Assembly (NCBI RefSeq): GCF_009914755.1
Contig: NC_060933.1
Source: the human T2T-CHM13v2.0 reference genome, Homo sapiens
DNA: 64,000 nt
Strand: one strand, 5' to 3'
Shown: one piece after another, positions 1 to 22,560 of the stretch
Layout of the letters: every line of letters starts with the position of its first letter
Position numbering within the stretch: the stretch's first letter is position 1
Made by a program: the position numbers and the translations under genes
Notes under the pieces: generated by a model
Database searches by the model: none
What the model was told of the DNA's origin: nothing
Seen by the model: the letters and a program-made list of their open reading frames with translations, nothing else

Positions 1-3830
<3,830 letters not shown>

Positions 3831-4400
3831 ATTATCCCAAAGTTTTCTCTCCTTTTGGGATGCCCTTTTCATGGTCCTTTGGCTATAGAGAGCAGGCTTT
3901 TATTGGGGCATTTTTTGTCTGTGCCTGTTAATGTTCCCAAGTCACTAAATTTTGCATTACCTAATGTAAGATATATAAGGCAAAAATAATACCAGGGGAA
4001 TTCACTAGTGTTTCCTTGGATCTCTGTGTCACTAGATGCTCTGCTTTCTTGCACTTTTTCAGAGTCTTCCTGTGTTTGTTTTATATATAATGTCAGGTTT
4101 TTATTTGTTCTTAATGTGAGGAATAGAAAAAGGGACATATACTTTTCTCAGCAAGATCATTAGTTTTTAAAAATATTTTGTAAATCTTACTCCTTAGTTT
4201 ATATGTCAAAGGCCCATTAAATTAGGACAAAAACAAAAAAGAACAATCACAATGGAAACAATTCGTCATTGTTTAGGAAGTGACATCTTATATATTGCCA
4301 ACTACAGGTTAGGACTCAGAGGGTAAACCAGTGGGGTTGGTCTACCCAAAATCTGTATGCTTGAATGACAGAAGCTTTCTCAGAAAAGAAAGGCAGAAGA

Positions 4401-4781
<381 letters not shown>

Positions 4782-5483
4782 TTATTTCCAGCAGAGTTTG
4801 TCTTTTCATCAAGCTCACAAGTTCCGTGCCTGAGAATTTCAGAGTCCCTGAGGAAGGCTGGAAAGAGCTCTGCTAGTTTCAGCTGTATAAAATATGAGGC
4901 AGAAGCCACAGGGCTTTGGGACTTTTCTTGCAAAGGGTAGCTCAGTGAGTGGCAACATAGTTATAGAACATCAAACCACTTTGAGGGAAAAAAATGTCTT
5001 TTGCCCTTTGACATTACCCTTTCTTCTACTTCCTGCCTGGACTTTGGAAGCAAAGCCTGGAGTTGCTACAGGCATTTTGTGACCGTAATAAAAACCACAT
5101 GACAAAGAATAACGATAGAAAGACCCTGGGCCCTGACTGGTTTGCATTTGAAAGGGGCACTCTATATTCTAGAAAAGCTCATATTTATTTCACCAAACCA
5201 TGACACAATATCCCACACTGTAATTCAGCCTCCAGTTGCCTCAGTTTCTTATTGTCCTACATGGTTTGCTGTCTCACCCATCTCCCACTTAATATTAACT
5301 TATTTCAACTATGATTTTTTGGCTCAAATTTTTTTAGACATGGCTTACTTAAATATATTAATTGCACTTTCTAAAATTCCTACAGTTTTAGATTCCTATA
5401 GTAAATACTTTTTAATGTGTTAAATCTGCAACACTTCAACATGTGCCTCACCAGCTTCTTTTCATTTCAAAAGAGATGCTGTC

Positions 5484-5819
<336 letters not shown>

Positions 5820-6614
5820 CTAGCACTGTCAGCCCTGTTTCTACTACTCTGCTCTGCTTTTCTGCTGCATGCCTTGCACTAGACTTACATCCTAGCCCCC
5901 TTCCTGGTATCCAGCTGGTGTTCATCTACAACTGCTCTTCTGGAAAAATGAGGAATGTTGCTATCCCGTGGGCTGCTTCCTGATGCACTGAGGAAATACA
6001 TTGCATGACATATTGCAATCATTTTTATACATCAATTGAGCCTCTTTCCCTGGTAGCCCTATTCTTAGGGAGCTCCTTGGTGGAGACTGCAGTTCCTAGG
6101 GCACAATTTGCCACTACATATTTCTTCACCTACTGTCTGCCTGTCTTGTGTCTGGTGCAGTTTCCATATGACTATGGAGAGCATTTGGTTGACAGCAATG
6201 GGGAGAGCAGGTGAGTGTTGCTGGGGAGAGAGCAGGCAGCAGGCTGACTTCTGAAGGCAGCGGGAAGCATGGGAGGTGTGGAGTTTGCATTTCTGTACCA
6301 TACTTCTAACTTTCTGGAAGTGCCTCACTTTGGGCTGGCGAGGTGCTCTGTTTTAATTTCCACATCAACTGTATCCTGCTGCCTAAATTTTTCAATCCAA
6401 TGCCATCACCTCAGCCAGGTGCAAATCAAGGCCACCTCTGGGAGACCCCTGTGTAAAATTTTTCTGCGAGACTCTGATTTATTGCTAAGTGAAGAAATAC
6501 TGGCATCTTAGCTAATGGAAATGCCTGCAAGATTCTGGCAAATTATTGCCTGATGGGCTTATTTTTCAGTGTTGTAAATTTTTACCTCCACTGCACATTC
6601 ATAAATACTTTAGA

Positions 6615-7243
<629 letters not shown>

Positions 7244-8319
7244 TACTTTAGAGGAGAGTTAGACAGCCTGCATCCGGAGTAGATAACCAGAGCTTAGTTT
7301 AGAGCAGAACTAAGCTTCTGCTTGGTTAGTTACCTAGCATCTTCCACTGAGTCTCTTACAGCATCGAACAGCAGACATTTGCATGGCAACTCTGTTGGTA
7401 GCGTTAGAGAAACCAAAGAGGAGTGAAGGCTCCACTAGAGGCTGAAGTGGGGACAGAATGGAGAAGTAAAGCAGGCATAAGACAAATGTTGAAATAAAAA
7501 TGATGGGACAAGAAATAAGCCAAGAACATTTTTTTTCTCTATCCATTTCTTTGGCATGTTTCCTTAATTCTTGATATTCCAGAAGAGCTTTTCCACAAAT
7601 GTCAAAGGAGTTTTCAATATGATGGTCCACCAGGTTGGTGGTGCATTAGCAGGTAACTTTTTAAAGAGCATTGGTACAAACCTAAGCTGCAACCACAGAC
7701 GAGAATGCTGCTGTCCCCTGAGACCAGAGATGAGGCCTTGGGGAGTCGTGAAAGGGAGAAGTCCTCCTCCTGTCCAGCCAGGTGCCCTTCACCTGCTCCC
7801 AGACAAACGATGCCCTGTTGCCCAAAAGTCACACTCCTGTGCTTAGGGGACAGCATGGTCTAGAGTAAGACCTTTGGATCTTCTGAACTTAAGCAATATT
7901 CACTATTCAAATGAGTAATTGCTATTTTATGATCAGTCTCCGAAGCATGAAAAGAGAGTGGGGGGTAGTTAGTAGCTCTTCTGACCTCCTGCAATCAATA
8001 GTTCAGGTACTAATATATCCCTTATTTCTATCACAAAGATGGTCATATGGGTAAAACAAAATCCAGTTTTCCCTCCTTCCAACCCAATTTAGAAGGTGTG
8101 CACACTGTGTCCCCTCCCGTGTAGAGCCTGTTCTCTGGCACATCCCACAAGTGTCATTCTAGAAATCTCTCTGTGTTCAGAGTATTTGTGAGCAGTTTCT
8201 TCTCTATTATCAGGTGTGCATTTTCACAGCGGGTGTCTCCATAGAGTGGGGGATTCGGTCATTGAACTGACTACTTGAGAGTAGAGGATGTTTGTAACAG
8301 GTCTAAGATTCTGTCTTGG

Positions 8320-8742
<423 letters not shown>

Positions 8743-9385
8743 CTAACAGTTCATTTTTAAATCTAGCAAAGAGATATTGTTAAAAACATTCTCTTCTGAT
8801 CGTGACTTCACAAACCTAAAACCACAAAAGTAACACATGTGATTCTCTAAAGACCTTCAAACACCTACCTAGACTTACAAATGAAACAAAACTTTATTGA
8901 TCACTTAAGCAGCTTTTAGAACTCTAAGAAATTGCACTTATATAAAAAGTGCTTCAAACATCTTAAAAGCAAAGCCTGCCCTAAAGGAGCACCGGGATTA
9001 GAAAGCTGTTGCCTTCTCGGTGGGATACATCATACACAACAGGACTGGGGCTACGGGTTTGCTTTATTTCATCACTCAGGTTTACACAGTTTTACTCACC
9101 CGAACCAGAGAAAGAGAATTGCCATCTCAGGCTTCCAGAGCCACTGAGAGAAAATATTTAGGTAATCAACTGGAAATTTGGAATAAAGGTCTGAGACTTG
9201 TTAAAAAAATAAATAAACAAAAACTTACTTGACCTAAACTGGACTTAGCCCTTATTTTAATGGACATTTCAAAGTTACATTTTCTTGCAACATGGTACAT
9301 CATAAATTGTTCTCTTACAATCTTTTCTTTTTTTTCTGAAACCACTTCTAACACATTTTACCATAATCCGCCTCCCCTCCGCCGA

Positions 9386-9700
9386 TTTATTTTTATTTTT
9401 TAAGACAGAGTCTTGCCCTGTCACCCAGGCTGGAGTGCAGTCGCGCGATCTTGGCTCATTGCAACCTCCACCTCCCTGCAACCTCTGCCTCACAGATTCA
9501 AAGGATTCTCCTGCCTCAGCCTCCTGAGTAGCTGGGATTACAGGCACGAGCCACGACGCCTGGCTAATTTTTGTATTTTTAGTAGAGCTGAGGTTTCAAC
9601 ATGTTGGTCGGGCTGGTCTCAAACTCCTAACCTCAAGTGATCCACCCGCCTCAGCCTCCCAAAGTTCTGGGATTACAGGCATGAGCCACCGCGGCCAGCC
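9386..9700 (-). mobile_element. Alu (AluS)
   Basis: Reverse Alu with a short internal duplication of tgcaacctc. Confidence 0.93.
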
Positions 9701-9969
9701 ATAACCCCTTTTATAACTGTTTCCTGACTAAAATGATGCTATTCTGCACTGAGGCAGAGTGGCAAGCTGGTCACCCAAACCCACTTTCTCTGCATCCTCA
9801 GCATACAGATAACCTACATTTCCTTGCTTCTCTTGCACTTAGGGTTGACCATGTGACTAAATTCTAGCCAGTGCAAGGTGAGCAGGAGTGATATGTCTAT
9901 GTTCAGCTTTTCCTCCCTGGGCTGATTGGGAAATGTAACACAAAGCTTGAAGTTATAAAAAAGGGTGGC

Positions 9970-10766
<797 letters not shown>

Positions 10767-12277
10767 TCATAGACATACTCTGAACAAAGTTCAACAAATC
10801 TTTTTTATAACTTTTAGGTTCAGGGGTACTGGTGCAGGTTTGTTACATAAGTAAACTCATGTCACGGGTATGTTGTACAGATTATTTTGTCACACAAGTA
10901 TTAAGCCTAGAACCCAGTAGTTATTTTTTTCTGATCCTTTCCCTCTTCCCACCCTCCACCCTCAAGTGGGATCCAGTGTGTGTTGCTCCCCTCTTTGTGT
11001 CCATGAGTCCTCATTATTTAACTCCCACTTATATGTGAGAACATGCAGTATTTGGTTTTCTGCTCCTGTGTTAGTTTGTTGAGGACAATGGCCTCTAGCT
11101 TCATCTATGTTCCTGCAAAAGACACGATCTCATTCTTTCATATGGCTGCATGGTATTCCATGGTGTATACGCACCACATTTTCTTTATCCAATCTGTCAT
11201 TAATGGGCATTGAGGTTGGTTCCATGTCTTTGCTATTTTGAATAGTGCTGCAACGAACATGAACGTGTATGTGTCCTTATGGTAGAATGATTTATATTCC
11301 TCTGGGCATATACTCAGTAATAGGATTGCCAGGTTGAATGATAGTTCTATTTTTAGCTCTTTGAGGAATCATCTCACTGCTTTCCACAATGGTTGAACTA
11401 ATTTATACTTTCACCAACAGTGTATAAGGGTTCCCTTTTCTCTGTAACCTTGCCAGCATCTGTTATTTTTTGATTTTTTAATAATGGTCTTTCTGACTGG
11501 TGTGAGATGGTATCTCATTGTGGTTTTGATTTTCATTTCTCAAATCATCAGTAATACTGAACATTTTCATATGCTTGTTGGCTGTATGTATGTCTTCTTT
11601 TGAAAAGTGTCTGTTCATGTTCTTTGTCCACTTTTTAATGGGGTTGTCTTTTTCTTGTAAATTTAAGTTTTTTATAGATGCTAGGTATTAGACCTTTGTC
11701 AGATGCACAGTTTGCAAATATTTTCTACCATTTTGTAGGTTGTTTACTCTGCTAATAGTTTCTTCTGCTTTGCAGAAGCTCTTAAGTTTAATTAGATCCC
11801 ATTTATCAGTTTTTGCTTTTGTTGTGATTGCTTTTGGCATCTTCGTCATGAAATCTTTACCTGCTTTTATGTCCAGAATGGTATTGCCTAGATTGTTTTC
11901 CAGGGTTTCTATAGTTTAAACCTTTTATTCATGTTGAGTTGATTTTTGTATATGGTATAAGGAAAGGTTCCAGTTTTAATCTCCTGCATATTGCTAGCCA
12001 GTTATCTCACACCATTTATTGAATAGGGAGTCATTTCCCCATTGCTTGTTTTTGTCGGTTTTGCCAAAAATAAGGTGGTTGTAGGTGTGCAACCTTATTT
12101 CCAGACTCTATTCTGTTGCATTGGTCTATTTGTCTGTTTTTGTACCAGTATCATGCTGTTTTGATTTCTGTAGCCCTGTAGTATAGTTTGAGGTTGGGTA
12201 ATATGATTCCTCCAGATTTTTTCTTTTTGCTTAGGATCCTCTTGACTATTTGGGCTCTTTTTCTGGTTCCAAGTGAA

Positions 12278-12567
<290 letters not shown>

Positions 12568-12690
12568 TTTTAAAATAGTTTTTTCTAGTTCTATGAAGAA
12601 TTTCATTGATAATTTGATAGGAATAACACTGAATCTGTAATGCTTGGGCAGTATGACCATTTTAATGATATTGATTCTACCTGTCCGTGA

Positions 12691-13040
<350 letters not shown>

Positions 13041-13160
13041 CTATCATCTCTGATTTCTTTGAGCAGTGTTTTGTAATTCTCATTGTAGAGATCTCTCACC
13101 TCTATGGTTAGCTGTATTCCTAGGTATTTTATCTTTTTGTGGCAATTGTGAATGAGATTG

Positions 13161-13400
13161 GCAACAGAAAGAGACTCCATCACACACCTACACACAAAAA
13201 GAATCTCAGGAAGGTGGAAAGTATAAAGGTGGTTAGCAGACGGTAGGAAGAAAAAGGGTGGGATGGGGAATGAAGAGAAGTGGATAATTGGGTCCCAAAA
13301 TACAGAAAGATGGAATAAGTGAGTTCTAGTGTTTGACAGTACAGTATGAAAATTTTAGTTCACAAGAATTTCTTGCATTTTTCCAGATGCTTTGGTAAGA
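13161..13400 (+). mobile_element. Alu terminal ~20 nt followed by L1MA 3'UTR (continuation of 37530-37980)
   Basis: gcaacagaaagagactccatc, CA/A-rich tail, caaaaagaatct, then ggtggttagcaga...gaagagaagtggataattggg...gagttctagtgtttgacagtacagt typical of L1MA 3' ends. Confidence 0.82.
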
Positions 13401-13468
13401 AGCTTCCTAACTTTCTCATTATGCTGGTTTTTCAGCTATTCTCTTTCTGCTCTCGAAATCATGCTGGA

Positions 13469-13776
<308 letters not shown>

Positions 13777-14810
13777 CATGCTGCATCCTTATCTGTTGTC
13801 TGTTGTTTGTTTGTTTTTGAGCCCAGAAATAACTTCTCACCTATATGTTCAAATGATTTTTCACATGGGTGCTAAGAAAGTCCATTGGTGGAAAAGCAGC
13901 CTTTTCAAGAAATGGTGTTGGAGAAACTTGATTTCCACATGGAGAAGAATGAAGGTGGACGCTATGTCACACCAGGTGCAAAAATTAACACAAACTGGAT
14001 CAAAGACCTAACCCCAAGTGCTGAAAGTATAATATGCCTAAAAGAAAACATTGGCCACACTTTCATGACATCAGATTCGGCAATGCTTTCTGGGATATGA
14101 CACCAAAAGCACAGGCAACAAAAGAAAATTAGATTCCTTGGATTACATCTAAATGACAGACACTTTTGTGCATCAGCAAACACTGTGAACTGAGTGAAAA
14201 GATAACCCATGGATTAGGAAAAATATTTGAAAATCATATCTGTGAAAACAGGCTGATAGGCAACGTATACAAAGAACAGCTAGAACTGAACAACAAGAAA
14301 TCCAAAGCATCCCATTGACAATGGTCAGAAGACTCGAGTAGACGTGTCCCTAAAGAAGATATAGCAATGGCCAATAAGCATCTAAAATGATGTTCAAAAT
14401 CACTCATCATAGGGAAGTGCAAATCAAACCAAAATTGTGATACCACACATTTGGATGGATATGATAAACAAACAAGCATTGGTGAAACTAGAGGGAAGTA
14501 GGAATGCTCGAATCTGATTGGAGGGAATGTAAAACCGTGAAGGAACAGGGAAAATAGTATGGCGTGTACCGGAAAAAGTAGAAACAGGATTAGCGGATGT
14601 TCCCGCAGTTGCACTTGTGGGTACCTGCCAAAAAGAATTAGAAGCCAGGAGTGGAAGAGAGATTCGTACACCCAAATTCATAGCAGCAGTATTCACAACA
14701 GCCAAAATGTGGAAGCAACCCAAGGGTTCGTGGACAGATGAATGAAAAAGCACACTGCAGTTCATTCATGCGATGGAAGACTATTCAGCCTTAAAAAGGC
14801 AGGCACTTCT

Positions 14811-15519
<709 letters not shown>

Positions 15520-16599
15520 TTAAACACGCTCTGATTCCACTTATATCACGTGTCTAGAGTAGTTAAACTTATAGAGTTGCAAAATAGAATGGTGGCCCCC
15601 AGTTGTGGGCGAGAGAGAGAGGAATGGAGTTTGCTTAATGGGTGCAATTTCCATTTTCAAGGATAAAACTGTTCTGGAGATGATGGCGGTGATGGTTGCT
15701 AAACAATGTGAATGTACCTAATGTGATTAAACTGTAAACTGAAAAAGAGTGGAAATTGTAAATGTTTATACTGGCCATTCTATATGAAATAATCTACATT
15801 TATAATTTTTAACATTTATACGTGGTATATTTTCCCATAATAAAAGATGAAAATTAAAGCACTTGGATCTTGTAAAAGAAAGGAAAGAAGCGAATAATAC
15901 ACACAAGCTCTCTCCTGATTAGAGGAAGAGCCCCAGAGCTTCTGTGGACACTCACTTTCCTCTTCTTCTTGCATGATGATGAGGAAATCCTTAGAGCTTG
16001 GGGAACTTGGGGGACTCTGGCTAATGAGGAGCTCTGTGCTTGAGCCCCCCACGCCATAGAATAGTAAATACTCAGTCTGTGCCTCCAGCCCTGCAGTATG
16101 AGGTTGCAGTCCTGTGGGCTCCACCCCCGTCACCCGTATCAGGAGGCTCATGTCTCACCCTCTCTTCTGGCCAGCCTTGAGGACGGAGTCTGAGCCTCCA
16201 ATGTGCACCACGCAGGGAGGACAGTGGATCTGTGCTCCGTGGTCATGGCCCAGCAGAGGGGAAGGGCAGTTCAGTGAGTGCTGAGGGACCCTCGGGAGCC
16301 TTGTTTGTTTCCTCATCCTCAGGACAAACAGGAAAGTGCCGTGGGCAGATGGGAGGAGACCAATGTGCAAACTGTCAGCTCAGCAGACTGTGGAGTTTCA
16401 GTTCTTGGTTGTGGTGGGGGGGTCTCTCTCAGGAATCTTCTTCGAAATTTTGCTTCCCTCCCCCACTGGTTGTCCTTTTCATAGACATCTCACCCACGAT
16501 AGCAGGGAATGAGTCCCTCTAAACTATTCCCTCGGAACAACAAAAAGATGATGAAGGTGATGATGAGGATAAAGAGGATGATGACAGACACCATGGCAT

Positions 16600-16820
16600 C
16601 ATGAACCCTTACTGAGGGCTTCCTAAAGGCCAGGCTCTGAGCTCTGTGCTCTATGCAGCTTGCTTCATTTCATCTGCTTAGTCTCCCAGTTATTAGTGCA
16701 CATTACATGATTATTTTACAGACTAGAAAAGGAGCAACACATTTTCATATAACTTGTACCAGATCATGAAGTCAAAAAGGGTGAAGCCCAATTTGAACCA
16801 GGCAGTCTAAGGCCAGACAC
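16600..16820 (-). mobile_element. MIR fragment
   Basis: cttactgagggcttcc...attttacagactagaaaa...atttgaaccaggcagtct resembles antisense MIR. Confidence 0.55.
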
Positions 16821-17216
16821 ATGGCATTTGGCCAGTCCTCTCCCTGCATCCAACCTGCCCTCTCAAATCCTTGTCACTCAGGCCGATGCCCCTGCTCACT
16901 GTGCCCTTCCCTTTGGGGGTTCCTTGTAGACCGCAGCTAGACCAGTGGGTGCCACAATCACTGTGTCAAGTATGGAAAGGGCAGCTGAGATGAGATCACA
17001 TCAAAGATTCCAGAAAGAATTGGCACAAGATGATTCGGGAGGCATCTCTCCCTTGCCCCTGTTCCTGGCTTTCCTTACAGCTCTCGACTTCCTCAAAGGA
17101 GTCATAAATTCGGGGTTTGGCTTCCATTCCTATTGAGGAAGCTGGAAACCATTTCAAAAATGCTCCTCAGATGTGCCCATGGTTAAGACCTCTGAGCTCT
17201 GTCAAAAACTTTTGGA

Positions 17217-17566
<350 letters not shown>

Positions 17567-18100
17567 TCAAGTATAGTGCCCGGGACTTATAGAGTCTGGC
17601 CATTAATTTTCAATACCACCCTTTCTACTTATCTGTATGGCAAGGGATGAGACGTCCATCCTCTGAGACTCAGCACTCTCATCTGAGTTGATTTCTAGTT
17701 GATCCAATGGAAGTGAGCAATGATTAAACCGACCGTGGGTGCCCGCTGCGTGATCTCTATGTGATGGATGCGTAAAGTAAAGGCAAAGTGAATTTAGATA
17801 CGTTCGTTAATATTTTAAGCTTAAACTCCATACGGTTCAACGGAAATATCCCCTGACCAGAAGTTCTGGTTTCCCTGCATTCCAGACAGGACATTTTCTT
17901 TTGTCCTTATCTCAGTAAGTACTGAGTATTGTGAGAGGAACAAGTGAGTCTCTTTTGTTTCTGATTCCCCAGAGCCTAAATCTTGCTTGGCACAAAGGAG
18001 ATAGCAAAAGTAAACATCTATGTGAATTATTGAATTGACACTTCCTTGGTTCACAAAAATTGGCTGTCATCAGTGTGACGTCAGTGTGACAGAGCGTGTG

Positions 18101-18403
18101 TTTTTGGTTTTTTGTTTTTTGAGACGGAGTTTTGCTCTTGTTGCCCAGGCTGGAGTGCAGTGGTGTGATCTCGGCTCACTGTAGCCTCTGGCCTCCCAGG
18201 TTCAAGCCATTCTCCTGCCTCAGCCTCCCGAGTAGCTGGGACTACAGGCGCACGCCGCCATACTGGGCGAAGTTTTTGTATTTTCAGTAGAGGCGGAGTT
18301 TCACCATGTTGGCCGGGATGGTCTTGATCACCTGATCTCGTGATCCGCCCTCCTCGGCCTCCCAAAATGCTGGGATCACAGGCGTGAGCCACCGCGTCCG
18401 GCC
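18101..18403 (-). mobile_element. Alu (AluS)
   Basis: Reverse full Alu. Confidence 0.93.
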
Positions 18404-19078
18404 AAACGTTCTGATGAAAACTCTAAGTCCACCGAAGCTAAGGACAGGAGTTATAGCTTACATTAATTTTAAAACAAGACCCACCGATTTGAGTAAGCAA
18501 TTACTCTCTTGAAGGAGAAAAGTCAGAAAACATAATGATGAAATCACTAGGACCTAACTGGCCTGTGGAACTATTTTCTGCTTATGAACTATCAACTTTA
18601 ATTTCATTTCCAGATGGCATGGTTTCAGCAGTTATACAGTGTTTACAGATGTTCTAAATCAAGGGAATTTGTATCAATCTATTCGAATAAAATAAAATAT
18701 CTGAGTTCTTAATTTCCTTTAATTAGGATAACCTTTTTCTTAAAGTGAAGAGAATGGTTTTATCACATAGTTTCCTTCGGTAAAGACAGGCTCTCTTTTC
18801 TAGCAATTACGAATTTGTTATATATGATGATCTGGTTCTTGGAACATTCTTGAATCTAGTGTCTCTGAGGCAGGTGTGTAGAGCAAGAAGTGAATAACAC
18901 AGATATCAATGATGAAAGCATTAGAAGACAGTTGAGTTTGTCAAAACTGCAAAATGTTGCTGAGTGTGGATTGCTCTGAAATCTGAAAACATTACTTGTG
19001 AATTGCTTCTATCCAAAATGCAGACACGATGCTGGGTGTTGGTTTACTTGTTTCCGATTTCTCAACCCTCTTTTCTAG

Positions 19079-20103
19079 GCAAAAGGTGTCCAATCTCTAC
19101 AGACCCACAAAATCTAATAGATGTCTTTGTATTCCTCCTCCTGGAACCTCAGAGGATCCAGAACGGCAGCTGGTCCTTGCTGGGCTGTTCCTGTCCATGT
19201 GCCTGGTCACGGTGCTGGGGAACCTGCTCATCATCCTGGCCGTCAGCCCTGACTCCCACCTCCACACCCCCATGTACTTCTTCCTCTCCAACCTGTCCTT
19301 GCCTGACATCGGTTTCACCTCCACCACGGTCCCCAAGTTGATTGTGGACATCCAATCTTACAGCAGAGTCATCTCCTATGCAGGCTGCCTGACTCAGACG
19401 TCTCTCTTTGCCATTTTTGGAGGCATGGAAGAGAGACATGCTCCTGAGTGTGATGGTCTATGACCGGTTTGTAGCCATCTGTCACCCTCTATATCATTCA
19501 GCCGTCATGAACCCCTGTTTCTGTGGCTTTCTAGTTTTGTTGTCTTTTTTTTTTCTCAGTCTTTTAGACGCCCAGCTGCACAACTTGATTGCCTTACAAA
19601 TGACCTGCTTCAAGGATGTGGAAATTCCTAATTTCTTCTGTGACCCTTCTCAACTCCCCCATCTTGCATGTTGTGACACCTTCACCAATAACATAATCAT
19701 GTATTTTCCTGCTGCCATATTTGGTTTTCTTCCCATCTCGGGGACCCTTTTCTCTTACTATGAAATTGTTTCCTCCATTCTGAGGGTTTCATCATAAGGT
19801 GGGAAGTATAAGGCCTTCGCCACCTGTGGGTCTCACCTGTCAGTCGTTTGCTGATTTTATGGAACAGGCGTTGGAGGGTACCTCAGTTCAGATGTGTCAT
19901 CTTCCCCGAGAAAGGCTGCGGTGGCCTCAGTGATGTACACTGTGGTCACCCCCATGCTGAACCCCTTCATCTACAGCCTGAGAAACAGGGATACTAAAAG
20001 TGTCCTGCGGCGGCCGCACGGCAGCACGGTGTAATCTTGATATCTTCTTATCTGTTCCATTCCTTTTGTAGTGTGGGTTAAAAAAGGCAGAAAGGTCAAA
20101 TAA
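19079..20103 (+). pseudogene. Olfactory receptor family 7 subfamily E (OR7E) pseudogene, copy 1
   Basis: OR motifs [50 protein letters not shown]. Frameshifts near 19145 and 19430, stops TAA 19795-19797 and TGA near 19852, expected start codon reads ACA. Member number not determinable. Confidence 0.93.
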
Positions 20104-22560
20104 GAATGATATCACAGGGTGAACACCCACTGTGATATTAGGAGTAATACCTCCCTAGGATATAGAATATACTGTCACAGAGTATACACACATGGGGTAC
20201 ACCCACTGTGATATTAGAAGCAATATCTCCCTAAAGTATGAGGAAAAATATCACAGGGTGTGCACACTTTGTGATATGAGGAGTAATATTTACCCTGGAT
20301 ATTACGACTAATATCAAGGGTGTACACACAAGGGGTATACACTATGTGTGTACGTCCACTGTGATATTTGAAGTAATGTCTCTCTATGACATTATAAATA
20401 ACATCAAAGCGTGTACACCCCTGTGACATATTAGGAGTAACATCCTTCTAGGGTATTACAGATAACGTCACAACGTGTACACCTTCTGTGACGTTTTGTA
20501 CACTCTTTGTGACATTAAAAGAAACATCCACCTAGGATATTATGAATAATAACACAGGAGGGGTACACACATGGTGTACACCGCCTGTGTCATCAGGAGT
20601 AACATTCCCCTAGGATATTACGAATAATATCACAGCAGGTGTACACACATGGTGTACACCCCATGTGACATTCGGAAGAGCATGCCCCTAGGATATTAGG
20701 AATAGTATCACAGGCATTGAATACACATCTTTAATGCGTAATGTCACCCCCGGTGACATTAAAAATAACATCCCCCTTGGATATTACAAATAATATGACA
20801 GGGAGTACACCCCGTGTGACATTAGGAGTAACATCCCCCGAGGATATAACGAATAATATCAGAGGGTGTACATGCATTGCGACCTTAGTAGTAACATCTC
20901 TTTAGGATATTACAAATAATATCACAGGGTGTACAGGCATTGTGACTTTAGTAGTAACATCCCGCTGGGATATGATGAGTCATATCACAGGGTGTACACC
21001 CCCATGACAATAGTAGCAACATTCCCCTAGAATATTACGAATAATATCACAGGAGGTACAGCCCCTGTGATTTACGAGTAGCATGTCTATAAACTATTAC
21101 AACTCATATCACTGTGTGACTCTGTGTACACCCCGTGTGACTTTAGAAGTAACATCCCACAAAACTATGACAAAAAATATCACACGGTGAACGCCCTGTG
21201 ATCTGAGGAATAACGTAGTTTTAGGGTATTATGAATGATGTGACAAGGTGTACACACCCTGTGACGTCAGGAGCAATATCCGTCTAGGATGTTAGGAAGA
21301 CTATCACACGGAACACACCCCCTGTGACATTAGGATATGGCAAATAATATCACAAGGTGTACACGCATCGTGACGTTAGTGCTAATATCCCTCTGGTACA
21401 CTATGAATAATATCACAGGGTGTACATCTCTGTGACATTAGGAGTAACATCCCCCTAGAATAGTAAGGATAATAACACTGGGTGTACACCCCCTGTGACG
21501 TGAGGAGTATCATCTCGCTAGAATATCATGAATAATGTCACAGGGTGTTATCGTCTGTGCCAATAGGAGTATAGACCCCTGGGAAATTATGAATACTATC
21601 ACAGGGTGTACAGCCCTGTGACATTAGGAGTAACATCTTTCTAGAATATCACGAATAATATCACAATGTGTACACCACCTGTGTCATTAAAAGTAAAATT
21701 GCCCTAGGATATTACGAAATAGAACACAGGGAGTACACCCCGTGTGACATTAGAAGTAACACCCCCTCGAGGATATAACCAATAAGATCAGAGAATGTAC
21801 CTGCACTGGGACATCAGTAGTAACATCTCTTCAGGACAATACGAATAATATCAAAGGGTATACACGCATTGTGAAATTAGTAGTGAACTCCCGCTAGGAT
21901 ATTAGGAATTTTATGACAGGGTCTACAGGCCCTGTGACATTAGCAGTAACGTTTTCCTAGAAGATTACGAAGAATATTAAAGGGTGTACAGGAAGTGTGA
22001 ATTACGAGTAACATTTCCATAGCATATTGCACGTAACATCACTGTCTGTACACGCCGTGTGACATTAGGGGTAACATCCCACAAAATTATAACGAATAAT
22101 TTCACAAGGTGTGCACCCTCTGTGACATTAAAAGTAACATTTCCCTAGAATATGACGACAATATCACAGAGTGTACACCCTCTGTGATATGAGGAGTGAC
22201 ATCTTATGAGGATAATACGAGTAAATTGACAAGGTGTACAAACCCTGTGACATAAGGAGTGACATCCCTCTAGAACATTATGAATAATATTAAAAGGAAC
22301 ATACCCCGTGTGAAAATAAAAGCAACTTCCCCTTAGGAGAATAAGAATAATACCACAAGGTGTACACAAAATGTGACATTATTATTAAGGGAAAGCTAGG
22401 ATATTGGGAATAACATCACAGTGTACGGAGTCCTGTGACATCAGCTTTAACATTCCCCTACAAAATTACGAATAATAATGAAGGGTTTATACCCCTGCGA
22501 CTTTAGCAGCCGCATCTTGCTAGAATATGGAAGATAATGTCCCAGGGTGGGAACCGAGGG
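20104..22560 (+). repeat. SATR-family satellite, ~63-bp unit subtype (left outer array)
   Basis: Tandem aataatatcacagggtgtacacccc(t/g)gtgacattaggagtaacatcccctaggatattacg units, some with a ~13-bp acacatggtgtac insertion. Confidence 0.9.
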